A DNA stretch of 64,000 bases from the human T2T-CHM13v2.0 reference genome, Homo sapiens. The stretch lies in NCBI RefSeq assembly GCF_009914755.1, contig NC_060929.1; one strand, written 5' to 3'. Numbering within the stretch: the stretch's first letter is position 1; every line of letters begins with the position of its first letter. Of this stretch, positions 1 through 17,399 are shown piece after piece. The translations under genes and the position numbers were made by a program. Below the pieces are notes generated by a model. The model did not search any database. It saw only the letters and a list, made by a program, of their open reading frames with translations, and was not told the DNA's origin.

Positions 1-351
1 GATTCCATGCTCCTCAAATGTCCACGTACCCCTCCATAATTGCCAGCCTCCCTTTGCAGTTAGATGGTGCCCATGTGACTAACGCCAACCAACGAGATGT
101 GAGTGGAAGTGACTTGCAGCACTTCCAGGCCAAGGCTGTCAACAGAGCCAGGGTGCCTCTCCCATCTTTCTTTCCTTACGGGGCAAGCTGGAAGCCATGT
201 GTTTTGTATGTCTTATGTAGGAAATGAAGCAGAGTCTTCTAACCTGCTTCAGGCATACAGTGGGTTAAAAATCAACCTTCATTGTGTTGAATTACTAAGA
301 TTTCAATTTTTTTGTTCTTGTGGCAGAACTTATCCCATCCTGACTAGTACA
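1..351 (+). mobile_element. MaLR LTR remnant (MLT1J-like)
   Basis: CAGCCTCCCTTTGCAGTTAG...CCATGTGACT...GTGAGTGGAAGTGAC core and terminal CCTGACTAGTACA. Subfamily recalled, not computed. Confidence 0.55.
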
Positions 352-857
352 TGGCAGCAAGTGAATCTCTCCAGTGCTTGATTTTGTGAGAGTAAGCTAC
401 TCCTCTGCTATATGTATAAAAATGAATAAACAGGAGATGGAGAAAGAGCACTGGGTTAGGAATCAGAAGAGCTGGTTGTGGTTTGAATTTGGCCATGATT
501 TATGGTACACATTTGAGGAGTTGTTCCACTTTTGTGGTCTTCAGGTTCTCAACCAGAGCATTGGTTGTTAATGCTTTTTGTTTGACACGTAACGAAACAT
601 TCAAACAAAGGTTTTACTGAAAACTTTTATCAACTTTTTTATCAGCTCTATAAAAGGCCAGTATATAGAGCTGATAAAAGAAAAACTGCCTCTCTTCAAA
701 CCATGCCCATGTTCACTGTCCGCAGAGGCCCCTGGCCATCTCAGTGGAGCCCTGCAGATCCATGGGCAGAGAGCACAAAGCAAATCACTGGTGTAATCAC
801 CTCTACAAACTGCTCTGAGGCTGGCATGGCTTCATAGTGAGAGCAGCTGTTTCTCAC

Positions 858-996
858 CTGTCCCGCAGGTCACACTGCACTCTGTCCAGTGGCCGTACTG
901 CCAGAAGTACATCTGCTGCTCAACATCATTGTCAAGGCCATCTTTCTGGATTGTGTACTCATACTTGATGCCAGGGTTAGTCACCTGGAATAGAAG
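858..996 (-). CDS. ADAMTS12: ADAMTS12 coding exon (~exon 16, 139 nt), [46 protein letters not shown]
   Basis: TTAG|CTT acceptor and CAG|GTGAGA donor. Spacer end (NPGIxYEY) and start of TSR2 (WTECSVTCG). Confidence 0.95.
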
Positions 997-1389
997 CTAA
1001 AAGGCAAGAGAGGGGTCATGTCAAACTGTCATGACTTTATACCATAAGCCAGTCATGTAAAAACACCACAAAATGTCAGTCATCTAAAATTAGTAATGGG
1101 AGCATGCATTGGAATAAAGCCATTAAATAGATCTATACCTATGTCTGTGCCTATGTCTATACCTATGTCTGTGTCTAAGTTCATATCTATATATCTACAT
1201 CTACCTCTATAGCTATATATTTTCCATCTAATTAGTTCTTGGCCGGATTCCCATGGGAATTTCAGTTCACATAAATGAGGAGATCAAATCATATGGGGAG
1301 TACTCTGTGGAAATGGCAAGGAGTATCCTTTCCAACAATAGGCCGATAGGTTACTTTGTGTTCTTATGCACTTACCAGCTTTGTGAATA

Positions 1390-1530
1390 TAGGTAAGTGC
1401 CACAGTTTGCCCATATACAAAGTGGGGATAATAAATAGTGCCTATTTGTAGGATTGTTGTGAGGGTTAAATGAGTAAACACATGGAAAGTGGTTAGAACA
1501 GTGGCTCAGCGAATGTTAACTTGTATTATG
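1390..1530 (+). mobile_element. MIR fragment (one of many; others near 27300, 30900, 42150, 48900, 49880, 52200, 55400)
   Basis: MIR core-like GGGGATAATAAATAGTGCCTA...GTTGTGAGGGTTAAATGAG. Confidence 0.55.
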
Positions 1531-2447
1531 TTTGTTATTGTTGTCTTACGATGGCTTTCCCTACCTCTCAGGCTACTCAGTATCTTTAACAAATAGTAGT
1601 TCTGAGCTAACAATGGTCATGGACTTTAACTTAGGTATGCTGCTCTTGGGATCTTCCCCTTACTTCCCTCTCATGCAGGCAATCTACTTATCACATGTTT
1701 AAAATTGATTCACCTTAAACATAGAGGCATTGGATTGGTTGCTCCCTGGGACTGGGGATTCCCATGTGTTAATCCTTGCCTGTGTCAGAAGCAAAGTCTC
1801 CCGACACTCATGGATCACAACTGCCACGCTTGACCTTCAGCTTCTGTGAGTGCTCTGATCTCTGGCTCGAAAAGGATGTCTCTCTAACTTTAGACTGTGG
1901 CTGGATCTAACTCCTTGGCCATCTCTCATCCTCAATCTGCCTTGCTGCTATCGGTATATTCATTCCACTCCTTTTCTACAGTTCTGTGCCCAATATGAAA
2001 GATAAATTTCTTGGACCTTTGAAGAGCACATGTTGTATTCTAACTCCTCCTTCCAGCAAGAATTTCGCAAAGCCAAATGCTTTGCTTGAGGACAACACAG
2101 AGTAACATGTCACTTTATCCCCACTGTTGGAAAGCTACTTGGAAACCCGTGCCACAATGACAATAGACTTCAGGAACAATCACCCTCAATTAAATCAGCC
2201 CAGAAGCTGAACTCAAACCTCCCAGTGGGTGGTTTTAAAGCACCTTGCATTTTGTTATGGGGGTTTCAGCAATATCTAGGCAATAAAGGATTAACAGCAC
2301 AAACTAATATCTCATTCCCCTCCCTGCTCCTTGCTAAAAGAGGTTTTAAAGATTCTGACTTAATGTCCCCTAGCAAGTACCTTGGGGAAAAAGGAGAAGT
2401 ATTCTAACTAGCACACATGTCAGCAGTTTCCCTCCTTTCTGCATTAC

Positions 2448-2692
2448 CTGGATCCACACAGACTCATTGGTGGGACCTGTGGCCATCAGCTTTTCCAGGT
2501 CTCCTTTCCTGTCATACTGAAAGACAGTCCCTGCCAGCTTATAGTTCCCGTTCCACTGGATAATAAACCCTCCATTCAGGTAATATTTTTCAGGATCTTC
2601 ACTCCTGATGGCCAGGAAGTTTCCAGCTCCCTCAATTTCCATCACTCTTATGTCCCTTGCTCCTTTTGGAATGAGCCCAATGTCAACATAAC
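2448..2692 (-). CDS. ADAMTS12: ADAMTS12 coding exon (~exon 15, 245 nt), spacer domain [17 protein letters not shown]...[11 protein letters not shown]
   Basis: TTAG|GT acceptor and CAG|GTAATG donor. ADAMTS spacer motifs IPxGAxxIxV, YYLNG, AGTxFxY, GPTNE. Confidence 0.96.
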
Positions 2693-4581
2693 CTAAAGAG
2701 AGAAGACACAATCATGAAAGAGGCACGCCAGCTTCTCAGCTGAATGCAATCTGTTTGTGACCCACTGTTAATCCTCTTTCCAGCCTCCCCATCATTTAGT
2801 GACCTTGCTGGGTGGCCACTGGAATCGGCAGAAGCACTACTTATGGGGGATTTTCGAGAACTTGGACACGAACAGAATTCTCAGGAGTTTTGTGACTCAA
2901 TATGTGCCCAGTTTTGTAAGGAGAGGTGAAATAAGAGCAGATTGGACTCTGAAGCTTTTGTGGTTGATCTAGCATTTATTTTTCTGTAATTTTATGTTGA
3001 TACTTCAAAACCCTAAAGCTCCTTGCTAGCTTCCTGCTAGTATCTCTGCTTCCCCCTTTGTTGCTACTATTACATTAGACTTCCTGAACATTGCATTGGA
3101 TACATACTTTTCCTCACCCCCCTTGCCAGCAGGTTAAAGACAGACTCTTAGAAGTAATGTAATCCTAGCTTCCATTCATTAAGAAAATCCTGGAGGGAAT
3201 CTCAGATTGTTTGCCACCTGGCTATCTTGAATACAGCCTATGATGAGGAACTCAACTCTGAGTACAGCCTTTTATACTGTTGGACGATTCTATTCATTAG
3301 AAAGTTTTCTTTCTCATTTTTTCTTTTATATATCACTGAAATAGGAACTTATAATTTATTCTCTTGTGTTCTAATTCAGCCTTCTGAAAAAGCATCATAG
3401 GTTGACATTTACTTAAAGATAACAATCAACTCCAGCCACAGTCTTATTATTCCTGTTTAATGGTCATTATGGTAAGAGGCATACTGGTGAAAAAATTAAC
3501 ACTTAATGGTTGCCAGTGTTTGCCAAGCTCTATGCTAAACATTTTATGCATTCACTTTCTTTATGATTCTTGAGAACCATTCCCTAATAAAATGGAAAGA
3601 ACATGGACTTGGAGGTTGGCATTGCGAAAGGAATTCTGGGGCAATGGGAGTTGAAAGACTTGCATTCTAGTCTCTGCGTTTCTGCAAATCAGCTCTATGA
3701 GTTTCATTGATTCATCTAACTTCTTTGAATCTCATTGCACAGAAGGGGATTGAATGATGACGTCTGCGGTCCCTCTCAGCTCTAATAGTGAGTGATTTTT
3801 CTCTTTTGCAAGTTAACTATTCTTTGTTCTTTCAACTTTTTTTTTTTTTTAAATATAAAATACAGTTTTAAGACATTGATGATCTTGGTTATTTTTCCAC
3901 TGGATATGCACTACGTTATTTGGTCTGATGAGCAAGCCCTTCCTCTTTGTCACCTGAAAGTGCCTCAATTTCTTCATCTTCCTCTGGCGCTAAAGAAGTA
4001 TGGGGTCCTAGGGGTCAAACTGTGGCCTGTCCAGCAAGAATAATTTGCTCTGAAACTGGATACAGATCACAACCTCTGCCTCATTTTTCAAATTGGCAGC
4101 TCTCATCCAGAGGAACAAAAATGTGGTTTGCGTAGTATTTAATTAAGTTCCATTTGGCTCTCAAACACTTGCCTAGAACAGCTGATTAAAACCACTAATG
4201 TATGACCACCTCCGGGAAGATATTGATCACATGTAATCGAGGCTAATGGTTTTAAAAAATAAATGCCCTCCGAGTGTTGCTATCTGCAGTCATTTTCATA
4301 CTTAGGATGTTGCATGCCTTTTCATATCAGAGCTCATGCAGGTAAATGAACTGGTATGAAATACTGTGTCTACCACCTTGCTCCTTGCTTTTAAAAAATA
4401 AAAACCTAAATAGAAAAAAAAAACAATAAATAACAGTGTTTGCTTTTTATTCTTCCACTTAAGAGAGAAAATCCAAAACTAGAAATATTTATTATGGGTA
4501 GATTGAAAGAGGCATATTTAACTTACTGCTTCTGAATAGCTTGTAGATAAAAGAAGGACCAGTAAGAATAGCTCCAAAGTA

Positions 4582-7544
<2,963 letters not shown>

Positions 7545-7758
7545 TATTAAGAATGATGACTATATTTGCTTAGCAAATCAATTTTCTTGCATCTTCGCCA
7601 GTGGAAGCATTAGCTGCTTGCACCAGTATAAGGGGAAGAGGAGGAACATAATTTTGACCTCAAACAAGAAGTCTCTGGGTCCAAGGAGACCACCTGGAGA
7701 AACTATTCCATCACTATCCCAGTCTTGAGCACATTGAGCTGAAAGAATACTCAGGATG

Positions 7759-8175
<417 letters not shown>

Positions 8176-8994
8176 TCACTGGCATATTTGGTCTCCAGTC
8201 TTTGACATTTCTAATAAAAATGTGCTCATAAAGAGGTTATACCATTAACCCTGGGCAACTTATCTACAGTGGTCAGCTTGTCTTTTTAAAGATTTATGCT
8301 GTCCATTTGAGACAATGCTCACTGCAGGCCAATATCTCATGATTGATGTGTGGAGGCTCCTGGGAAATGCTGGTCCATGTCTGATCCCAGGCTTGAGAGC
8401 AGTGACACATAGGTGTCTGGTTCAGATACAAACCAGTGTTTGACAGGCTCACAAACCACAGAGTGAGGAAGAAATATATAAAAATAACAGTACCTGGTAT
8501 ATGTTTTGAGAAGTTAAAATGCCTTGCCTTAGATTAAGACTCTTAGTCTCAGTTATCTCAAAAGAGGGTTGTGAGATAATTGGAATCTTGTAACACACTG
8601 CGAGCAACCATGACCCTCTTGTTAGAAGCTGGTGGAAAGGAATTGTAGGAAGGGGACATGGGAGAAAGAGAATGGAAAACACAAAGGCACAGGGAGATGT
8701 CAAATGCTCAGTGGTGGGCATGTGGCTAGAGGTATTGAGATCTTGGAGGCAGGAAGGGGTAGGGGTAACAGGGGAGCAGAAGACATTTATAATCCCTCTT
8801 TCTCATTCCCAAGAGACCAGGGCAGAGGAAAGAACCCAGAATTAGAGTTGGATTTCCTAAGGGATTACAAGGTTAAGTGGAAGAGACCTGGGGACAACAA
8901 CTCTGGTTTTCAATTGAGTTATCATAATATTAGAAGAACAGCACCTCAGAGGCCAAGATAGGAACTCATAAAGAAAATTAAATAAAACAGGTTA

Positions 8995-9301
8995 GCTGGT
9001 CCCAGTGGCTCATGCCTGTAATCCCAGCACTTTGGGAAGCTGAGGTGGGTGGATCACGAGGTCAAGAGATCAAGACCATCCTGGCCAATATGGTGAAACT
9101 CCGTCTCTACTAAAAATACAAAAATTATCTGGGTGTGCTGGCGTGCACCTGTAGTCCCAGCTACTCGGGAGGCTGAGGCAGAAGAATTGCTTGAACCCAG
9201 CAGCAGAGGTTGCAGTGAGCTGAGATTGCAGCACTGCACTCCACCCTGGCGACAGGGCGAGACTCCGTCTCAAAAAAACAAAAACAGAAACAAAAACGAA
9301 A
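8995..9301 (+). mobile_element. AluSc-like
   Basis: GGATCACGAGGTCAAGAGATC diagnostic. TSD AAAACAGGTTA. Confidence 0.9.
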
Positions 9302-10850
9302 AAACAGGTTAAATGCAGAAATACGATTTTAAGTGTAACTTTTTATAAGTAAGTAAAGCCACTATAAATAATGAAAAATATTTACAAAACACCTTTGTAA
9401 AGCTTGTAAAAACATTGGCTATCATAGGGTGCTTAATCATAAGCCTAAGACATACCGGTTATCATTCACATTCCAAATAAGTAATTCAGAGAGTATTTTT
9501 CATCCATAATAAAGCTATCAATCAAAGACATGAAATACAGTCTTCCAGTGGTAATTCTCATGGGCAGGACAAGCATTACATCTCACAACTTAAGCTTAGT
9601 AATCCAATAGTCAAAGATGAAAAATAGGGATGGAAATTAAATTTAGACTGTTTGCTGTTATGATTACTAGGGAACAATAGGTCATGTAATTAACTGAAGA
9701 ACATACTTGATCCTCTCAGGATCCTACTCAGTAACTTCATCCTGGGTAGGAAGCATGTTTAGAAGAGAGATATTATTTTTCCAGGATCCAGGAAAACAGG
9801 GCTTTACCATCTCTCAAAGTGGCTATCACTTCCTGTCCTGGGCATCAACCCTGTGTAGCAGACACTGCCCCTCTCCCCTCAGGCCCTACTGCAATAGTGC
9901 ATGATGGATTCCCTACTCCCAGCATCTCTATGGAATCCAGAGAATTAACAGTCCGATCTCCCTAGAGTAACCTCAACCCATGACTGGTGGAAAGTGGTGT
10001 ATATTATCTCAATTCCTTCACCCCTCAGGTCGGGGAAACTCAGAGGTGCAAGATCTGCCATGGTTCCCATATAATGGTTCACCCTTTCTTAGCTGCCTTC
10101 CTTGGGAACTGACTCTTCCTTGGGGTCCACCCTTGAAGGTGAACTCTTCATGCCCTGAGGACTATCCATAGCCCAAAGCTGCACAGAGAAGAAACTCTGC
10201 AAAAGGTGACTATGGGAAAAGAATAGTAAAGCGTGGGTAAGAAGGGGATGCTAGGTGGAGGAGCTGTCTGGAAATTCATAAGGGACCAGTGGGTGGGACC
10301 CCCTCCCAGGGAGCAATTGGGAATAAACGAGATTTGATGCAACCCTGCCTTGCTTCTCTTTTGACTTTGAATTGAAGGTGCACCCCAATTCTTTTGCCTG
10401 TAAACCCATTGCTGGCTTCTGTCCTCACTACAGAATCTGTCCTTGTGTCTGCAGCCTTCTCGGCCAGCTTCTGATCTCTTCTCTCCCCTAGTTCTTGGTC
10501 TGTTCCAATGCCATTGGCTTTAATGCTGGATCCTCTTGTGATGCTTGTTCCCAAAGGGGATCCTCTCCCAGAGATCACACTCTTATACCTGTTCCTGTGC
10601 ACAACCACAGGGCCATTTCAGATCTCTATCTCACTGTGATGCATCCTGTATTTTGTCAGCAATCAACCCGTTTCCTACAACTGCCGAAGAACCCTTCCTC
10701 CTTTGTGGTAAAGGCTATATTCCATTTTGAATACTTTGAAAATCACAGACTGTTTAAAGAAATAAAAACAAAAACTAGGAACCAATCAACCATTTATCTT
10801 GCCCCCCACCTTTGGTCCCCTGCCACTTCGATTATTTATTTGTTTATTAC

Positions 10851-10971
10851 CAGATCCTTCCTTCTGCTTAAACATCTTTCTCACAGTCTGGCAGGAAGAG
10901 CCATCTCCCAGGCACACACCGCAGCGATCCTCGGTGGCATTGGAATCGATCTCATAGTCACAGCCAACCAT
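10851..10971 (-). CDS. ADAMTS12: ADAMTS12 coding exon (~exon 14, 121 nt), [40 protein letters not shown]
   Basis: ACAG|ATG acceptor and TG|GTAATA donor. Motif VGCD...DRCGVCxGDGSSC. Confidence 0.96.
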
Positions 10972-11622
10972 CTGTGGGGAAGAGAGGTGGAGGATGAATG
11001 CCCAGGCAGGGGATGCCACTCTTGCCTGGATCTGTGACTTCTTCTTTCCCCTTTGGTGCTTCATAAGACTGGGCAGGAGGTACCAGGTACAAGGACAAAT
11101 GTTTGTTCCTGGTGGCAGCAAGAGGAATATCCAAGCATCCACCAATGGTAAAGGCACTACTTGCTCAGAGAGGAGGGAGGCACACATTGAGTGAGGTCTC
11201 TAATTTCCCGAGTCAGAGGCAGAACTGAACAAAATCTATGCAAATGTTCCAAAAATCTAACTATGAAAACATCTTGGAGTTGAAGCTGGTAGAGCAGCAA
11301 GTCTCTTTCAGATGTGTTCTCATCCTGGAAAAGGAGAGCCACGAAGCTTGGGGTGTTCTGTGGGAGTGGATACCAAAGAATCATGACACTTAGATTGAAA
11401 GTCATGAGCCGTATCTGACCTTCACCTGGACTTTTCTGTGGCTTGCTTTCTTCCATGACCAGAAGGGAAAGCTATACCATATTCCTTTAGTCATAAGTTT
11501 CTTTCTTGTTTGGGAACAATTGTGTCCAGATAGTTTCATTTCCTTTTTGATCTTTAAAGATCATTTTCTTTCTAACTTGAAAGCCACCTCAAATCTACTC
11601 AAAGGAAGAATCGTTTGAATCT

Positions 11623-11757
11623 CTTTTTAGAGAGAGATGGGATTTTGCTATTTTGCTCAGGCCAGAGTGCAGTAGCTATTCACAGTCAACAGCCTTGAAC
11701 TCTTGGCCTCCCACCTCAGCCTTCTGAGTAGCTGGGACTACAGGTACCACACCAGGC
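11623..11757 (-). mobile_element. FAM-like fossil Alu monomer (7SL-derived)
   Basis: Monomeric Alu-like sequence retaining 7SL-type GAGTGCAGTAGCTATTCACAG. Confidence 0.6.
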
Positions 11758-12769
11758 TTATTTTGAGTCTTTAAATACACCCTCTACCAGCTAAACAGAG
11801 AATGAATACCCACTAACAGAAAATAGCTTCATTCTTTAGGTTAACTGTCTTTAATTTCCTTTAGGTCCAAAGACTGTGCTGCTTCACCTAGTAGGGGGAA
11901 AAAAATTAAGTGCTAAGAGATTTAAAAAAAAAAACACCAAAATTTAATTATGCTAATAACAATGGGAAAAAAAGCAATGTGGGAAACAGGTGCCTTTAGT
12001 GACTATGAGTAAAATGCCAGCCCTTCACAAGCAATATGTTTGCATCAAGCTTGAGCACCCTCTAATAAGCTGACATCTACAACCACATTCCCAGTGGCCT
12101 TCATTCCTTCACTGATTTAGAATGAGCTATGGAGATTGACTCTGAGGCATATTAATTTTAAAGTATTTTCTTTAATCTCTACCAACAGGGAAATAGATAT
12201 AAAAAATGTGAAGAATAAAGGAAAGAAAGTCAGAAAAGCAAACATCTGAAGCCCAAGTCTTTTTTCTTGAATGGGTAGTTTTATATTTCTAAAGTAATAT
12301 TTGCCTGCATAACTGAGAGACAAGGGTTGGGGGAAGGAGACACACCCATGTCCCCAACATTCTGTCCCACAGCATATTAAATGGGTTCTTGCAGAGACTC
12401 ACCCAATTTAGTTTTCCTGTGAGCTGCATGCAGTACAATAAAAACTGAATTAAGTATGCAACAAAAGGTCTATGAAGACATAAACCAGTCCTCCTTGTTG
12501 CATATAAAACATAAGGAGCTCTCAGGGGAAAAGAAACAAACCTCACTCTTCTTCATAACATGCTCTGGCAACACAGAAAGCCCACAACAGTATGCTCTTT
12601 CTGCCTTCAGCAGAATCAGAGGTGGTTCCACTGCTGCTACCCTATGTGGAAAATGACTTCAGCATGGCCCTTTTCTGATGTGACTCTGAATATGCCAGGC
12701 AATCACCCCAATAGGTAGTGTGTTTGTGAAAAAAAATCACTTTGATTTCCCATCTTACCATCAATTACA

Positions 12770-14146
12770 ATGGTGGTGGGAACAGTGATGGTAGTGGTGG
12801 TAATGATGGTGAAGGTGGTGATAATAGTGGTGATGGAGTAGTGGCGATGGTGATGGACAATAATGGTGGGGGGCAGGATGGTGGTAGTGGTGGGGGTGGT
12901 GGTGGTGACAGTGATGGTGCTGCGGGGTAATGGTGGCAGTGATGATGGTGGTGATGTGGTAGTAGTGGTGGTGATTTGATGGTGGTGGTGGTGATGGGGG
13001 TGATGGTAGTGGTGATGGTGGTGGGGGTGATGGTGATAGTGGTGATGTGGTAGTGATGGTAGTGACTTGATGGTAATAATGGTGGTGGTGGTGATGTGGT
13101 AGTGGTGGTGGTCATTTGATGGTAGTGGTGGTAATGTGGTAATGGTGGTGGTGATTTAATGGTAATGATGGTGGTGGTGGTGGTGATGTGATGGTGGTGG
13201 TGATTTAATGGTAATGATGGTGGTGGTGGTGGTGAGGTGACGGTGGTGGTGATTTGATGATGGTGTTGGTGGTGATGTGGTAATGGTGGTGGTGATTTGA
13301 TGGTGGTAGTGGTAGTGGTGGTGATGTGGTAGTGGGGGTAGTGATTTGATGGTAATGGTGGTGGTGGTGGTGATGTGGTAGTGATGGTGATGATTTGATG
13401 ATGGTGGTGGTGGTGATGCGGTAGGGTAGTGGTGATTTGACGATGGTGGTGGTGGTGATGTGGTAATGGTGGTGGTGATTTGATGGTGGTAGTGATAGCG
13501 GTGGTGATGGTGATTTGATGGTGGTGATGGTAGTGGTGGTGATGTGGTAGTAGTAATGATGATTTGCTGATGGTGGTGGTGGTTATGTGGTAGTGGTAAT
13601 GATGATTTGATGGTAATGGTGGTGGTGATGCAGTAGGGTAGTGGTGATTTGATGATGGTGGTGGTGGTGATGTGGTAATGGTGGTGGTGATTTGATGGTG
13701 GTGGTAGTGGTGGTGGTGGTGATGATGGTTGTGGTGGTGGTGGTGGTGATGTGGTGGTGGTGGTGGTGGTCGTGGTGACTATGTGGTAATGGAGGTAGTG
13801 ATGAGGTGGTGGTGATGGTGGGGTGATGGTGGTAGTGGTGGTGGAGATGGTGGAGTGATGGTGGTGGTGGTGGTGGTGGAGGTAGAGGTAGTGGTGGTTA
13901 TGTGGTAGTGGTGGTGTTGATTTGATGATGGTGGTGGGGATGGTTGGGTGATGGAAGTGATGGTAGTGATGGTGGTGATGGTGGTGGTGTTGATGGTGGT
14001 GGTGGGAGTAGTGGTGGCGATGATGTAGTGGTGATGGTTGGGTGATAATGGTGGTGGATATGGTGGTGGTGATGGCAGCAGTGGTGGTGTTGGTGGTGGT
14101 GATATGGGGTGATGGTGATGATGGTGGTGGTGGTAGTGGTGGTGGT
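12770..14146. repeat. About 1.4-kb degenerate (TGG)n/(GAT/GGT) array with higher-order units
   Basis: Seen directly. Recurring punctuation GATTTGATG and GATGTGGTA(A/G)TG. Confidence 0.95.
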
Positions 14147-15589
14147 ATAGTGAGTAATTAACTGTGAGAGGAGAGTTGAGAAAGACTCAAGAATGACTTA
14201 CTGATTTCTGGCCTAGATATCAGTAAACCTAAATGGTTTTAGCATCATTCCAAAAAGAAGTGCTATAGAAGAACAGGTTGGGGCAAGAATTAGGTATAAT
14301 TTTAATTTAGAAATGTTAAGATTGGAGTAACTCTCAGGCTTTTGAGGGTCAGGAGATAGGACCTGGTATTCTGAACGTAGATCTAGCTCTGAGCAATTGA
14401 TTTAGGGATGTTTAGTGTATCACTGAGATGGCCAAAATGGCCTTGGAGATGAAAGAAGGTTCAAAAGAGTTTTTGAGAGAAATGAGTGAGGAAGCTAACT
14501 TGGGACAGTGGGAAGATTGTCAGGTAAGGATAAAAGCTTAGGTGGATTGAAGACATTGACTTTGTAAGGACACATGCATAACGTTGAATTTTTATTTTAA
14601 GGAGTGCACAGTAGGCTAATGGTAAGATCAAAAAAGGGGTGTGATGGGGTTGATCCAGAACCTTATCCAGAACTGGTGTAACAGATTGGGGGAAGGCTAA
14701 GAGAAAGTTAGGGAGCAGCTGATGGATAGACCAGGGCATCTGGTCTATTTTAGAAGGAAATTCAGCCAACGTTATGCTGACTGTGTGAAGACGGAGGAGT
14801 CCAGGAGCTGAAGTCAACCAACTGGTTACCAGGAGAAAGAGGGGAGAGAGCTGGAAGGTTAGCGAGCTGGCCTCAGACAGTGGGTATGAGAGTGAGAGTT
14901 CAGAGCTGGAAGTGGGTGGAGGTGAGTAGGGCATTTGCTCATTTTTAAAAGCTTATTCTATGTCATCCTGGTAATTTAAAACAGAAGGTGTCCTGAAAAG
15001 TCAAAGTTTAAATCTATATCTTTGATAAACAAGCTTACTAAAAAAAACTAGGGGGAAGGGCACAGATAGTTACCTCCCAGAACAAATTCAGTTCTGATCA
15101 GGGCTTGATAATTTCCTTGACAATAGAATCTGCAACTCTAACATACCAAAATATTGGCAAATATTGTAAATTCAAAATAGACATGAATATAAGCAACCAA
15201 GTTTTCATATTCACAACGAATGCAGATTAGACAAACACTGCATACATTGTTTTCCTGAAAGCATATACTTTTATGTAATACATGCTCAATCCCCTTTGAA
15301 AAAACTAGTAAATGAATAGGAGAGTAACAATAAGACTAACAAATAAGGAGCCTGGAATTACCTACAACCTGGATCCTTGAAGATAAAGTATTTAGGCTAT
15401 TAAGCATATTTGATTTGACACCATTTTTTCAGCTTAAAAACTCAAACCAGTGTGCTATAGACAGAAAGTGGGTAATTATAGCTTCTAAAAGGTCTTAACT
15501 GGCTCCCACAAAGAGTAAGGCAGGCTGATAAAATCTGGCTTATTCTATTGGGTTCACTTGATTGGCCTCAAGAAAGACATCCAACTTAT

Positions 15590-15762
15590 AATGGTTCTCA
15601 ATCCTGGCTACTTATTAGAATGCCTGGAGAGCTTTTAGAAATTACTGATGTCTGGGCTCTATTTCAAACCTATTAATTCGGGATCTCTGGGATGTGGAGT
15701 CTGGGCATTGATGTTTTAAAATCTCCCCTGGTGATTATTATATGCAGCTAGGGCTGAGGACT
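15590..15762. mobile_element. MER5A-type hAT-Charlie MITE
   Basis: TGGTTCTCAATCCTGGCT...TCCCCTGGTGATT...TGCAGCTAGGGCTGAGGAC pattern. Confidence 0.65.
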
Positions 15763-16086
15763 TTAGTCACTGAGGAGTGAATGTGATGCTGAAATTATCT
15801 TTTAGATCTAAATACCTTTGCATTGAGAGAAATAGCATCTTTAGCCTGTGATGGAAAACAGGTGCCTTGAATAAAATAAATGAAAAAGCAACTGTATAGA
15901 TAAATATGAAACTTCTCAGAGTGCTGAATATTTAGGGGCAAGAGCTTGTCACAGGGAATAATTTTGTCCAGTGGAAAAACATATTATAAATATTTTTAAA
16001 AAACAAAATTTGTTGAGTTTACAAATCTGTTTTCTAAGAGTTCATTTTACACCAGGGCCTCTGTTAAGAGCTTAACATATATTACC

Positions 16087-16550
16087 TGTGAAAGTTGTCA
16101 GAATCAAAATGGAGCAACTAATGTTAAGAAAAAACCCTGATAAATATAGCCAGGGAAGGCTAGGAAGAATGAGTTCTCACCCTTGTATGCCTGATGATGA
16201 AAAAGCCTCTGCAAACACCACAACCTTGCACAAAGGCTATCACAACCTTACACAAAGAATACTTTTGCAATGACATCTGCCCAGCAACTTCCTGAGCAAC
16301 CTTGGATTGGCGTCACCCTTGTTATTGATCTCTGCAGGAAATAATAATTATTTAAAAACAATTTTGCAATTCTCTTCAACTTCTTTCCTTTAAAAATTTT
16401 CATTTTCTTTTAAAAACCCTTGTCTTCCTTTACCTTCCTAAATATGCACATAGTTAACTGTGGCATACATATTCCCATTGCAATGCACTATTCCCAAATA
16501 AGCTTCATTTTCTTTTAGAGAGCTTCTCTCTGTCTGTTATTTAGGTTAAC
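16087..16550 (+). mobile_element. ERV1 solo LTR (MER39-like)
   Basis: Starts TGTGAAAGTTGTCAGAATCAAAATGGAG and ends TCTGTTATTTAGGTTAAC. Confidence 0.65.
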
Positions 16551-17399
16551 TGACCTTATTTAATCTTTTGACAACCCCACCTAGGCAGATACATAAAAAT
16601 ATCCCAGTTTTATGACAGAAGACTGAGTCTTAGAAAGATGTATAGGATCATACAACTAGTAAATGATGGTGTTGAGTTCATATTCTAAAACCCCAGTGCT
16701 AAACCATTATGATTCACTAACTGATTAAAACATCTTCCTTTAACCAATTAAAAACACTTTCTCTTTAAACTGAGATTTATGCCTGGGGGTTGGATCACAA
16801 GTCCTGCTCCTCAGTTCCTTGCAAAATAAAATGCAAGCAGCAACAAGGAATTCTTTAATGGTTACACACTTAAAAGCATCAACACATCAGGTCTAAATAA
16901 TTTATATAGACTTGATTAATGAAGTGAGTGTGGAAAAATTACATAGAAATCAGAAACGTGTTTTGTAACTATTGTCATGCCGTCTCTCTGAGAAGCTCAT
17001 GTTGATAGTCAATGGAGAATTAAATGTGAAAATGCATTATGAAAAGTACCATAGAAACTATTATTAATTTCAGTTTTTCTCAAATTTAATGCCACTGAAA
17101 TAATCTGGGCTGGGTTTTCCTGATAATTCCTCTTTTTCATGCTCAATGTCTAAAACAATATCGTAGTGCACATCAACTAATCAAGAAATGAAGATGACGG
17201 CAGAAGGAAAAAACTATTCAATCCAAAACTGTGACTTTGATGAACACTGGGAAGTCTTATCTTTTCGTTTCATGAACTATATATAAAAAACAGATGAGGT
17301 GTAAATGCTGTGAAAGCACAAACCTAGAACATCTGACTTCCCAAATTAGTAAAAGTCATGATTTTATAAAGTTGTAGATTAAGGAAACATACCCAATAC

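Noticed and set aside
10495-11037. 180-aa plus-strand ORF
   Set aside because: Antisense overlap of ADAMTS12 exon 14 with a non-ATG start and no recognisable domain.
12765-13115. Pro/His/Thr-rich ORF (and Gly-rich ORF 12742-12930)
   Set aside because: Artefact of translating the TGG array. No splice or coding context.
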